From: Lysobacterales bacterium
GTDB taxonomy: Bacteria > Pseudomonadota > Gammaproteobacteria > Xanthomonadales > SZUA-36
Reading direction: 5' to 3'
Assembly (NCBI GenBank): GCA_036447475.1
Contig: JAZFUZ010000221.1
Coordinates: 1 to 59,667 of the forward strand
Length of the DNA: 59,667 nucleotides
Part shown: positions 18,216-26,977 of the stretch, in pieces
Numbering within the stretch: position 1 is the stretch's first letter
Layout of the letters: each line of letters opens with the position of its first letter
Program-made: the position numbers and the translations under genes
Notes under the pieces: generated by a model
Databases searched by the model: none
What the model was told of the DNA's origin: nothing
Seen by the model: the letters and a program-made list of their open reading frames with translations, nothing else

Positions 18216-19094
18216 ATGAGAATTGGATTCGTAGGTTTGGGCGAGATGGCGCATGGGATTATCCCGCGCCTTATGCAAGCTGGACACGCCGTCACAGCTT
18301 GGAACCGCACACCCGGCAAAGGACAGTCGCTGGTCGATGCCGGCATGGCGATGGGCAACAGCCCGGCTGAAGTGGCGTTGAAATCGGATGCTGTATTTTC
18401 CTGTGTGACCAACTCGGCTGCGGTTGAAGCAGTGGCTCTGGGTGCGCAGGGAATCCTGAATGGTCTTGCCAAAGGCAGTATTTATATGGATCTGAGCACC
18501 ATTTCACCCATCGTTTCACGTAAGGTTTCTGCGGCATTCGCGAAGCGAGACCGGATCATGCTGGATACCCCGATTTCAGGCAGCCCCGTCAGCCTGGCCC
18601 AGGGCAAAGCCTCTGTCATGGTCGGTGGTGACAAGGAGGCTTTCGATGAGGTCAGAGACCTGTTGGGCGCGATCGGGCCCAAGGTGAGCTACATCGGTGA
18701 AAGCGGCCTGGCAGTCCAAACCAAGATTGGCATCAACCTGACCCTGATCGTAGAAATGGTCGCATTTTGCGAGGGAGTCGCCCTGGCTGAAAAGGGTGGC
18801 GTTGCACGCAAGATAGCCGTCGATGCGATGCTGAAAAGTGTAGTGGCATCTCCCGTAATGGGATATCGGGGTCCGTTTATCCTGGATATGCCGGACAAGC
18901 CATTGGCCAACGTTACTTTGCAGCAAAAAGACGCCATACTGGCCCTGGAACTGGCGCGCGAGTTGGGCATGCCAACACCCTTACTCGCAGCGGCGAACGA
19001 ATTGCTCAATGCCTGCCGGGGCATGGGCATAGACCACCGCGACTTCGTGACTGTCTACGATGTCTACTGCAGCCTGGGGGGGATAGAACATTGA
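18216..19094 (+). CDS. NAD(P)-dependent beta-hydroxyacid dehydrogenase (3-hydroxyisobutyrate dehydrogenase family)
   Basis: 292 aa with the Rossmann motif 'MRIGFVGLGEMAHGIIPRLMQAGHAVTAWNRT' and 'DTPISGSPVSLAQGKASVMVGG'. Confidence 0.85.
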   Translation: MRIGFVGLGEMAHGIIPRLMQAGHAVTAWNRTPGKGQSLVDAGMAMGNSPAEVALKSDAVFSCVTNSAAVEAVALGAQGILNGLAKGSIYMDLSTISPIVSRKVSAAFAKRDRIMLDTPISGSPVSLAQGKASVMVGGDKEAFDEVRDLLGAIGPKVSYIGESGLAVQTKIGINLTLIVEMVAFCEGVALAEKGGVARKIAVDAMLKSVVASPVMGYRGPFILDMPDKPLANVTLQQKDAILALELARELGMPTPLLAAANELLNACRGMGIDHRDFVTVYDVYCSLGGIEH

Positions 19095-19513
19095 AAACTG
19101 AAGCAAAACCCTATCGCATCAACATCAAGGATGTACCTTATGTGGGCGGCTTGAAAAAAGAAGACGGCTGGGTCGATATGAAGGTGCAGTTTCTAATCGA
19201 CAAAAAAACCACCAACTCCGAACGCATGCTGGTTGGCTGGACTGTTTTGGCTCCGGGCGCAGCACACCAGCAACACAAACATCATCATGCCGATGAGTTC
19301 TGGATCGTCATTAAAGGTAATGGCGTGATGTACACAGAAAACGGTGAAGAGCCGTCTGGCGAGGGAGATGTGGTGTTTACGCCAGCGGGGCATTGGCACG
19401 GCTTCAGGAACACCTCCGATGAAGACGTGGTGCTGGTCTGGGGCTGGGCCGGTGCCGCGTCTCTTGAAGATTCAGGCTATGCCGTTCCCGACGATCAAGA
19501 GCTTGGTTCGTAA
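19091..19513 (+). CDS. Cupin-domain protein
   Basis: 140 aa with a TTG start overlapping the upstream stop (ATTGA). The two cupin motifs are 'HQQHKHHHADEFWIVIKGNG' and 'GDVVFTPAGHWHGFRN'. Confidence 0.7.
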   Translation: MKTEAKPYRINIKDVPYVGGLKKEDGWVDMKVQFLIDKKTTNSERMLVGWTVLAPGAAHQQHKHHHADEFWIVIKGNGVMYTENGEEPSGEGDVVFTPAGHWHGFRNTSDEDVVLVWGWAGAASLEDSGYAVPDDQELGS

Positions 19514-19549
19514 TACGGTGTCCTGTTCGCTCAAGATTCCAGGGTGTTG

Positions 19550-20254
19550 ATGGCTGATTTTCAGCAAATCGACCAGCAAATTTTGCGCGGCATGACCACG
19601 CAACTAAAGCTGCGCGCCGCCCGTTTGAAAAACGGTGATTCGTCCTTGGGGTGGAAAATTGGCTTTGGTGCACCGGCAGTCATGGAAAGGCTGGGCATTC
19701 GAGCCCCGCTGCTGGGCTTTTTGAGCAAAAGTGCCTTGATCCCGTCCGGCCAAACGGTTGCGCTGCAAGATTTTAAACAAGCAGTGGCAGAGCCCGAAAT
19801 TGCGGTCCACATGGGTACCGACCTGGAGTCGGATGCTGACGAGGCTGCGGTACGAGCTTCGATCGCGGGCCTGAGTTCTGCGATCGAACTGGCCGATTTG
19901 AGTTTTCCGCCCAACGATGTCGAGCGCATCCTGGCCGGTAATGTCTATCAGCATAGCGTTATTCTTGGGCCAATGGACGCGGGCAGAGCTGGGGCCAGAC
20001 TGAATGGTCTATCGGCACGACTGGTAAAAGACGATGCCGAGATAGGAAAAACCACGGATATGGAAGCCAATACCGGGGTGATAATCGACCTCGTCCGCCT
20101 GGTCGCCGACTGCCTGGCCGGGTTTGGTCTGACGCTGCGTGCTGGTGAAGTCATAATCACAGGCTCTGTCATACCACCGGTCATGGTAGAGCAACCCTGT
20201 ACCATCGTTTTCAATCTGGAACCTTTTGCATCCATTGGGGTAAGCTTCAAGTGA
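19550..20254 (+). CDS. Fumarylacetoacetate-hydrolase-superfamily hydratase/decarboxylase (2-keto-4-pentenoate hydratase-like)
   Basis: 'LGWKIGFGAPAVM', 'AEPEIAVHMG' and 'SAIELADLSF' parallel the MhpD/HpcG motifs. ATG 19550 was preferred over the GTG/TTG codons at 19544 and 19547. Confidence 0.7.
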   Translation: MADFQQIDQQILRGMTTQLKLRAARLKNGDSSLGWKIGFGAPAVMERLGIRAPLLGFLSKSALIPSGQTVALQDFKQAVAEPEIAVHMGTDLESDADEAAVRASIAGLSSAIELADLSFPPNDVERILAGNVYQHSVILGPMDAGRAGARLNGLSARLVKDDAEIGKTTDMEANTGVIIDLVRLVADCLAGFGLTLRAGEVIITGSVIPPVMVEQPCTIVFNLEPFASIGVSFK

Positions 20255-20294
20255 AATTTCAGAGCAGGACAGGACGTTCGCGAGAGAAACAAGC

Positions 20295-21332
20295 ATGATT
20301 TGTCCCTTTGCACAGCCGATCGCGCCTGGGTGTCGAACCCGGTCATTGCCGGTTTTTCTAATGCTCCTCGCGACATTGATATCGACTGGATGTGAACGAG
20401 AAGCAAGAGATAGAGAAATCATCCTGATCAAGTTTCCGCATGTGACAGCGCCTATCACACCAAAGGGACAGGCTGCGGAATATTTCAGACAGGCCGTAGA
20501 AAAGCGCCTGTCAGGACGGGTCAAGGTTGAAGTTTTCCCATCCAGCCAGTTGATGAATGATGATGACTCTTTGGAGGCGCTGGCATTCGGAGAGGTTGAA
20601 ATGATCGCCATATCCCTTTCCAAGCTCAATCGGCTGACACATAGATTCCAGGTGTTTGATTTACCTTTTCTGTTTCCCGGACTTGAGGCGGTGGAAGCGT
20701 TTCAGGACAGTGATGCCGGTAAGTCACTACTCGATGAATTAGCTGATCGTGGCATCCAGGGCCTGGCGTTCTGGCACAACGGCATGAAACATATGCTCGG
20801 TCCGGTTGCCATGCGAAAGCCTGAAGATGCTGTCGGCCTGAGGTTCAGGATCCAGGACTCGGATGTGATTCAGGAAGAGATTCTGCAAATCGGTGGCATT
20901 CCGCAAAAGATGGCCTTTAGTGAGATTTACATGGCACTGCAGACCGGTGCAATCGACGCCCAGGAAAACACCTGGTCAAATTCCTATGCTCAAAAATTCT
21001 ATGAAGTCCAGCCCTACATGACGCAAACCAACCATGGCTATGCCGGCTACATGGTTGCGGTGAATTCTGATTTCTGGATTGCTCTGCCTGCGGATATCCG
21101 CACTGAACTTGATTTGATTGTGGCGGAGACCGCCGTTTGGGCCAAACAGCGATCAAATGCCATCAACCAGGAAAGCCTGGAGAAGATCCTTGCAAGCGGT
21201 CAATCGGAATTGGTTGAATTAAGCAGCGAAGAACTCGCCGTGTGGCAAACAGCCATGCAACCGGTATGGGAAAAGTTCGAACAGGATATTGGAGCGGATC
21301 TCATCCAGGCCGCGCTCAGCGCATCGCAGTAA
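20295..21332 (+). CDS. TRAP-transporter substrate-binding protein (DctP family), orphan copy, lipoprotein-type signal
   Basis: 345 aa with lipobox 'LISTGC'. It is closely similar to the DctP at 34515 (e.g. 'RVKVEVFPSSQLMNDDDSLEALAFGE', 'RFQVFDLPFLF', 'GAIDAQENTWSN'). No adjacent DctQ or DctM gene is present. Confidence 0.8.
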   Translation: MICPFAQPIAPGCRTRSLPVFLMLLATLISTGCEREARDREIILIKFPHVTAPITPKGQAAEYFRQAVEKRLSGRVKVEVFPSSQLMNDDDSLEALAFGEVEMIAISLSKLNRLTHRFQVFDLPFLFPGLEAVEAFQDSDAGKSLLDELADRGIQGLAFWHNGMKHMLGPVAMRKPEDAVGLRFRIQDSDVIQEEILQIGGIPQKMAFSEIYMALQTGAIDAQENTWSNSYAQKFYEVQPYMTQTNHGYAGYMVAVNSDFWIALPADIRTELDLIVAETAVWAKQRSNAINQESLEKILASGQSELVELSSEELAVWQTAMQPVWEKFEQDIGADLIQAALSASQ

Positions 21333-21367
21333 CAATATGGTTCAGTGGATAAACTTCCCACCCTGCC

Positions 21368-21976
21368 TTATTCAAACCCCAAATCCTGGTCCGTTGGCCA
21401 GGCGTGGCAGGTTACGCATGCAGCTGGAACTTCACGCGCCTGGTGACAGCTGATGCAACTTGCCATTGCTCTTACTGCCTTGATTTCCGCCATTTGGTCC
21501 AACTGACTCACATCACCGTGGCAGGTCTCACACTGCGTGCCTGCGTCCAGGTGTGCTTTGTGGCTCCAACTGACTCCGGGTGTGATTGTATAAACACGCA
21601 CCCACGGGATTGGCTGGCCTGACTCGGAAAATTCCTGCAAGTTTTTAATTGCTGGCCTGTCCTTTGCGATGGTGCGGTGGCATGACATGCATGTTTCAGT
21701 GACTGGAAACGTCATCCGGGTACCAGGGTCGGGATTGACATGACAAATTTGGCATGCCATCCCTGAAGCCAGATGAGTTTTGTGGCTGAATGGCAGCGGC
21801 TGAACCGGTGCCGGATGTGGTGCGATATTATCCGGCACCGCTGGCACAGTGTCGGCTGGGATTTGTTGCGCGGCGGCGGGCATGTTTGCAATGAGTGCGA
21901 ACAGCAGCACACACAGCGCGATTTTCAGGCAGATGGCCGAGTTCACCCTTGTATTTGAATAATTTGATCTTTTCAT
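21368..21976 (-). CDS. Pentaheme c-type cytochrome (class III / ActA-like), N-terminal anchor or signal
   Basis: 202 aa with five CXXCH sites: CQICH, CMSCH, CETCH, CISCH, CVTCH. 'FSHKTH' and 'WSHKAH' distal-His motifs are present. Its start lies 2 nt after the upstream flavoprotein stop. Confidence 0.8.
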   Translation of the reverse strand: MKRSNYSNTRVNSAICLKIALCVLLFALIANMPAAAQQIPADTVPAVPDNIAPHPAPVQPLPFSHKTHLASGMACQICHVNPDPGTRMTFPVTETCMSCHRTIAKDRPAIKNLQEFSESGQPIPWVRVYTITPGVSWSHKAHLDAGTQCETCHGDVSQLDQMAEIKAVRAMASCISCHQAREVPAACVTCHAWPTDQDLGFE

Positions 21977-21978
21977 GG

Positions 21979-23619
21979 TTACACGTTCGCCCCGCTAGCC
22001 CTGCCCACGACTTCCTCGATGCTGCTGCCATGGTCCTTAAGGATCACGCTGGCTGCATTGCGCCCGGGTTGGCCTCTTACAGATCCACCGGGAGCGGTGC
22101 AAGCACCTGTCTGGTAAAGCCCCGGAATGGGCATCCGGTAATCAGCCCAACCCGGCACCGGGCGCATATCTCCGGACTGGGCAGCGCCATATGCCGCAGC
22201 ATGCACGCTACCGCGCCACATGGCGGGGTTCATACGTTCAATATCAAGCGGGCTCTGGATGAACTTAGCCAGGATTTTGTCCTCGGTCAGATTAGGGCAG
22301 AACGTTCTGAAATAATCGAACACATCTGCGGCGACTTTATGCTTGATGCTATCCCAGTGCTGCGGGCCTTCTTTGAGTGCGTAGGGCAAATTACCCTCGA
22401 GCTTCAGTGTGTGGTGTCCGGCTGGAGCCCGGGTTGGATCTGCAATACTTGGGCAGACAACTTGCAGCGGCAGACCCTCCAGGTTGATTTCGCCTGTCGC
22501 GTGTTGATAATCGGAGCGCAAAATTCGTTCCGGATCAGCCATCAGTGCCGCTTCAGTGGGTGAGATGGTGCTGCCGTCAGCGAGCTCATATTTAGGCGGC
22601 TCCGAAATGGCGTAGTGAAAAGCGAACATAGCGTGTTCCGGCTGCAGCAACCGTACATTCTCCAGAAAACCGTCACCCCAGAGTCGTTTTGGTGCCATCT
22701 CCACGAGGTGCTTGATATGGATCGTTGAAACAACGCTCTTGCGAGCACGATACCGGGTACCATCCAGGCATTCGACGCCACGGCACCTGCCATTCTCGAT
22801 GATGAGTTGCGCCACGGGCATATTCGTCTGGATCACACCGCCATTGGCCTCGATCACCCTGCCCAGGGCAAGCGGCAGCATGCCGGAGCCACCCTTGGGC
22901 ATGGGGCGGCCATTTAATTGATGCCTGATTGCCGTAAATAACTGCCTGCCCGTGTTGGGATGTCCTGCCGGAATGCTGCTAAATCGGCCTACGGCTAGGT
23001 GGAAAGTGCGAATGTAGTGGTTTTCGAATGTTTTGTTGACAAGATCGTAACCGGACATGCCAAATCTGCGGCGCCAAACGCCACTATCCGGGATCTCAGA
23101 ACCAGCCTTTTTGGCAGTGTTGTAGGCCTGTATTTCAGCCACCAGCCGCTTGAACGTGTCCGCATCCTTACGCGAGTGTTTTGCGTACTCTGTGTAGGTC
23201 CGCTCGATGTCTTTCCACACCGTGATCGAAGCCTTGTCCGGGAACGAGATGTGCATGATTGGATCCGGATGGATGTATTCCAGACCGTACTCGTACAGAT
23301 TGAGTTCATTATCGCGCAGTACCGGGCTGGATTGAATGAAGCCGTGCACCGAAGAGCAGAGGTCTTCCTTGAACCCCGGCAGGCATACCTCAGCCGTCTT
23401 GCAGCCACCACCAATGGTGGACCGTCCCTCGAGCACCAACACACTGAACCCTGCTTTGGCAAGATAGGCTGCGGTGATCAGGCTGTTGTGTCCGGCACCT
23501 GCCACCACAAAATCAAATACGGAGTCATCCCGAAATATTTTCTGGAAAGCCGTTGCATGAAAAGATATGGAGCTTAGCGCCGCCCCTTTGATAAAATCCC
23601 TTCGGGATACCGCCTTCAT
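21979..23619 (-). CDS. Tat-exported FAD-dependent oxidoreductase (phytoene-desaturase / amine-oxidase, COG1233-like family)
   Basis: The twin-arginine signal 'MKAVSRRDFIKGAALSS' is preceded by a GGAGG RBS 5 nt upstream. The dinucleotide fold is 'FDFVVAGAGHNSLITAAYLAKAGFSVLVLEGRSTIGGG'. ATG 23619 was preferred over GTG 23634. Confidence 0.8.
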   Translation of the reverse strand: MKAVSRRDFIKGAALSSISFHATAFQKIFRDDSVFDFVVAGAGHNSLITAAYLAKAGFSVLVLEGRSTIGGGCKTAEVCLPGFKEDLCSSVHGFIQSSPVLRDNELNLYEYGLEYIHPDPIMHISFPDKASITVWKDIERTYTEYAKHSRKDADTFKRLVAEIQAYNTAKKAGSEIPDSGVWRRRFGMSGYDLVNKTFENHYIRTFHLAVGRFSSIPAGHPNTGRQLFTAIRHQLNGRPMPKGGSGMLPLALGRVIEANGGVIQTNMPVAQLIIENGRCRGVECLDGTRYRARKSVVSTIHIKHLVEMAPKRLWGDGFLENVRLLQPEHAMFAFHYAISEPPKYELADGSTISPTEAALMADPERILRSDYQHATGEINLEGLPLQVVCPSIADPTRAPAGHHTLKLEGNLPYALKEGPQHWDSIKHKVAADVFDYFRTFCPNLTEDKILAKFIQSPLDIERMNPAMWRGSVHAAAYGAAQSGDMRPVPGWADYRMPIPGLYQTGACTAPGGSVRGQPGRNAASVILKDHGSSIEEVVGRASGANV

Positions 23620-23777
23620 CCAAGCCTCCCACACGATGCTGCAATCAGTCTATAATGCACGAAAATACAAACGATTGCATTAATCGTTTCAATTAGTTGG
23701 ACAATGCTCGGAGGAATTTGTAGTATCGCCGTTTATTCCGAAAGACCTGAACACGACTGAATGGTAACAAGACTCAT

Positions 23778-24779
23778 ATGAACGAAAAAATACAGGATAT
23801 CAAGCAAGATACCCGGCTCAAACTCTACCGCTCAATGCTTGAATGCAGACAGATGGAACAACGCGCCTATGACCTGTTCATGGAGAATCTGGTCAAGGGA
23901 ACCAGCCATCTTGGGCTCGGTCAGGAAGCAATTGCCGCCGGTTTCGGGCTAGCCATGCGCCCCGATGACTACACGTTTTGTACCTACCGCGGGCATAACC
24001 ACACATTGGTGCGTGGCGCTTCCATGACCGGTATTCTGGGCGAACTGATGGGTCGCGATTGTGGCTTGATGCGTGGTAAAGGCGGCTCCATGCACCTGAC
24101 CAGTGTGGAACATGGCGTAATGGGGTCGTATGCGATCATCGGAGCTCATCTGCCAATTGCAGCCGGCGCAGCCTGGTCAGCCCAATACCGGGGCACCAAA
24201 CAGGTATCAGTGTGCTTTTTTGGTGATGGCACAACCAATATAGGTGCCTTCCACGAAGCTTTGAATCTTGCAGCTGTATGGTCACTACCGGTGGTATTCG
24301 TGTGCGAGAACAACCTGTATATGGAATACACCGCTATTGCTGATGTCACAGCAGTGGCGAACCCTGCCGCCGACCGGGCAGCGGCCTATGGCCTGGAGTC
24401 CATTTTGATTGATGGTAATGATGTGGATATCGTGTACGCTACGGCAAGTAAGGCTTTGCAACGGGCGCGCAAAGGCGAAGGACCCAGCTTGATCGAAGCA
24501 CTAACCTATCGCCACCATGGCCACTCCCGAGCTGATCCCGGAAAGTATCGGCCCGATGATGAGGTTGCTATGTGGAAAGAGCAGCGTGATCCAGTCATAA
24601 ATTATCGGGTCCGCTTACTCGAACTGGGCATCGCTGAAGCGGATCTTGTTGCCATTGAAACTGAAACCGATGAATTGGTGGACAGAGCAACCAAGGAGGC
24701 CCGCAACAGCCCACCCCCACCGCTGGAGATAGCGATGACGGATGTCTGGTCGGATGGGAGTTCATCATGGCGCAACTGA
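23778..24779 (+). CDS. 2-oxoacid (pyruvate/acetoin-type) dehydrogenase E1 alpha subunit, TPP-binding
   Basis: 333 aa with the TPP motif 'GDGTTNIGAFHEALNLAAVWSLPVVFVCENN', plus 'YRGHNH' and 'YRHHGHS'. Confidence 0.85.
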   Translation: MNEKIQDIKQDTRLKLYRSMLECRQMEQRAYDLFMENLVKGTSHLGLGQEAIAAGFGLAMRPDDYTFCTYRGHNHTLVRGASMTGILGELMGRDCGLMRGKGGSMHLTSVEHGVMGSYAIIGAHLPIAAGAAWSAQYRGTKQVSVCFFGDGTTNIGAFHEALNLAAVWSLPVVFVCENNLYMEYTAIADVTAVANPAADRAAAYGLESILIDGNDVDIVYATASKALQRARKGEGPSLIEALTYRHHGHSRADPGKYRPDDEVAMWKEQRDPVINYRVRLLELGIAEADLVAIETETDELVDRATKEARNSPPPPLEIAMTDVWSDGSSSWRN

Positions 24780-25744
24780 GCTACAGGCAAGCGGTCGCTG
24801 CCGGAATCGCCCAGGAATTGAGGCGTGATTCGAATGTCGTATTCCTGGGTGAGGATGTTGCGTCCGCCGGAGGCGTATTCAAAGCCACCGGGGGCTTACT
24901 GGACGAGTTCGGGCCAATACGGGTCAGAGACTGCCCAATTTCCGAGCAGGCCATCATCGGTGCCACCATGGGCGCGGCCATGACCGGGCTTCGCCCGATC
25001 GCGGAAATCATGTTTTCCGACTTCCTTGCAGTCTGCTGGGATCTCATTGCAACTCAGATTGCCAAGACTCGCTACATGACCAACGGTCAGTGTTCTTTAC
25101 CCCTGGTGATCAGGATGGCCAACGGAGCGGGTTCGCGCTTTGGTGCCCAGCATTCGCAAAGTGTGGAGAACTGGGCCATGGCCATTCCGGGTCTCAAGGT
25201 GGTTGCGCCATCCAGTCCTGCCGATGTCAAAGGTCTGCTGGCCGCAGCTGTGCGTGATCCGGATCCGGTACTGTTTTTTGAACAGAAATCCTTGTACGGC
25301 ATCAAGGGTGAGGTACCGGAAGGTGACCATGTTGTACCACTTGGCAAAGCCAAAATTCTACGACAGGGCGATGATGTAACCATTGCTGCACTGGCTGCGA
25401 TGGTGCCAAGAGCGGTCAAAGCGGCAGAAACCCTGTACAGCGAATACGGCATATCGGCAACCGTCATTGATGTGCGTTCGCTGGTGCCACTGGATACGAC
25501 CACTATTTTTGAATCCGTATCTGCGACCGGCCGACTGGTCACAGTGGAGGAAAACCCGCGCCTGTGCGGCTGGGGTGCTGAATTGGCTTCTCTGGTGGCC
25601 GAAGAGTTGTTTTGGGATCTGGAAGGGCCGATTGTGCGGGTGACAACACCACATATACCCCTGCCCTCTGCCGACAACTTGGAGGATGCGGTATTGCCCA
25701 GCGTCGAACGCATTGTAGATAGCGTTCGCCGGTTGGCGGACTGA
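24767..25744 (+). CDS. 2-oxoacid dehydrogenase E1 beta subunit
   Basis: 325 aa with 'VFLGEDV' and 'RVRDCPISEQAIIGATMGAAMTGLRP'. It overlaps the alpha gene by 13 nt. Confidence 0.85.
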   Translation: MAQLSYRQAVAAGIAQELRRDSNVVFLGEDVASAGGVFKATGGLLDEFGPIRVRDCPISEQAIIGATMGAAMTGLRPIAEIMFSDFLAVCWDLIATQIAKTRYMTNGQCSLPLVIRMANGAGSRFGAQHSQSVENWAMAIPGLKVVAPSSPADVKGLLAAAVRDPDPVLFFEQKSLYGIKGEVPEGDHVVPLGKAKILRQGDDVTIAALAAMVPRAVKAAETLYSEYGISATVIDVRSLVPLDTTTIFESVSATGRLVTVEENPRLCGWGAELASLVAEELFWDLEGPIVRVTTPHIPLPSADNLEDAVLPSVERIVDSVRRLAD

Positions 25745-25757
25745 GGAATAGACAAAC

Positions 25758-26975
25758 ATGAAGGTACTGATGCCCCAATTGGGTGAAACGGTAAATGAAG
25801 GCACCGTTGTTACCTGGCACAAAAAGCCAGGTGATGAAGTTACCAAAAACGAGATTCTTCTCGATGTGGAAACCGAAAAGGTCGCGGTCGAGATTCCTGC
25901 ACCGATAGCGGGCATACTGATCCGCATCCTGGTGGATGCAGGCGAGACCGTAAATGTCGGTACGGTGTTGGCAGAAATCAGCGGCCCGGATGATTCGCCT
26001 GACGATGAAAGCAATCTGCAATCACCGCAAGCTGCCGGCGAAGTCACTCAAACAGAATCGGTAAACACACAAGCGGCGCCGGCGCCGGCTGGTAAGGACG
26101 GCGAGCGATTGTCTCCAGCAGTGCGACGACTCATTGCAGAGAAGGGCCTGGATGGATCACTGATACAAGGCACCGGCCGGGATGGTCGACTGACCCGGCG
26201 CGATGTTTTATCTTATCTGGCAAGCCAACAGTCCGGGACGCCCGCCGAGCAACCTGCACTTGCCGCAACGGATGAACGACTGCCTTTCGATCGTATCCGG
26301 CGTGCAACCGCGGCACACATGCTGCGCTCCAAGTCAACCAGCCCGCATGTATTGCAAACCATAGAAGCGGATTTCAGTGCGGTTGACCGGCTGCGCTTAC
26401 AAAAACGCGACAGCTGGAGGGAGGATCATGGTTTTTCTTTGAGCTACCTGCCTTTCGTCGCCCGCGCAGTTTGCCTGGCAATCGGCGAATTTCCTCACAT
26501 CAACGCCAGTGTTGATGGAGACACTCTGGTCGTGCACAGCGCAATCAATCTGGCCTTCGCGGTGGACCTGAACTTTGCAGGGCTGGTTGCGCCTGTCATC
26601 CGGGATGCCGCAGAGCTGAAAGTTTCTGCATTGGCGCACCGGATCAATAATGTGGTCAAGCGGGCACGAAATAATAAACTGAGTGCGGACGACCTGAGCG
26701 GAGGAACCTATACGCTTTCAAACCCAGGGCCATACGGAACCCTTTTCACCGCACCGATCATCAACCAGCCACAAGTCGCAATCCTGTCGATTGACGGCAT
26801 CGCCAAGCGACCGGTAGTGATTGAAGGTCCTGAGGGTGATTCCTTGGGAATCCGCCCCGTGGGCGTGCTTGCGCAATCATTCGACCACCGTGCGTTTGAT
26901 GGCGCCTACTCGGCTGCTTTCCTGAACCGGCTAAAGTCCCTGCTTGAGCAACAAGACTGGGCACTGGAGTTTTGA
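25758..26975 (+). CDS. Dihydrolipoamide acyltransferase E2 (one lipoyl domain, E3-binding domain, catalytic domain)
   Basis: 405 aa with lipoyl motif 'LDVETEKVAVEIPAP', subunit-binding domain 'SPAVRRLIAEKGLDGSLIQGTGRDGRLTRRDV', and catalytic 'SFDHRAFDGA'. Confidence 0.85.
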   Translation: MKVLMPQLGETVNEGTVVTWHKKPGDEVTKNEILLDVETEKVAVEIPAPIAGILIRILVDAGETVNVGTVLAEISGPDDSPDDESNLQSPQAAGEVTQTESVNTQAAPAPAGKDGERLSPAVRRLIAEKGLDGSLIQGTGRDGRLTRRDVLSYLASQQSGTPAEQPALAATDERLPFDRIRRATAAHMLRSKSTSPHVLQTIEADFSAVDRLRLQKRDSWREDHGFSLSYLPFVARAVCLAIGEFPHINASVDGDTLVVHSAINLAFAVDLNFAGLVAPVIRDAAELKVSALAHRINNVVKRARNNKLSADDLSGGTYTLSNPGPYGTLFTAPIINQPQVAILSIDGIAKRPVVIEGPEGDSLGIRPVGVLAQSFDHRAFDGAYSAAFLNRLKSLLEQQDWALEF

Positions 26976-26977
26976 TC

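Noticed and set aside
20009-20629. A 206-aa minus-strand ORF spanning the hydratase/DctP junction, and a 222-aa plus-strand ORF at 21895-22563
   Set aside because: They lie antisense to well-supported genes (the FAH-type hydratase and DctP for the first, the Tat flavoprotein for the second). They have low-complexity composition, no RBS and no motif support.
25087-26047. Minus-strand ORFs of 222, 229 and 160 aa overlapping the E1beta/E2 genes
   Set aside because: They are antisense shadows of genes with unambiguous E1beta and E2 motifs, and no recognisable domains of their own.
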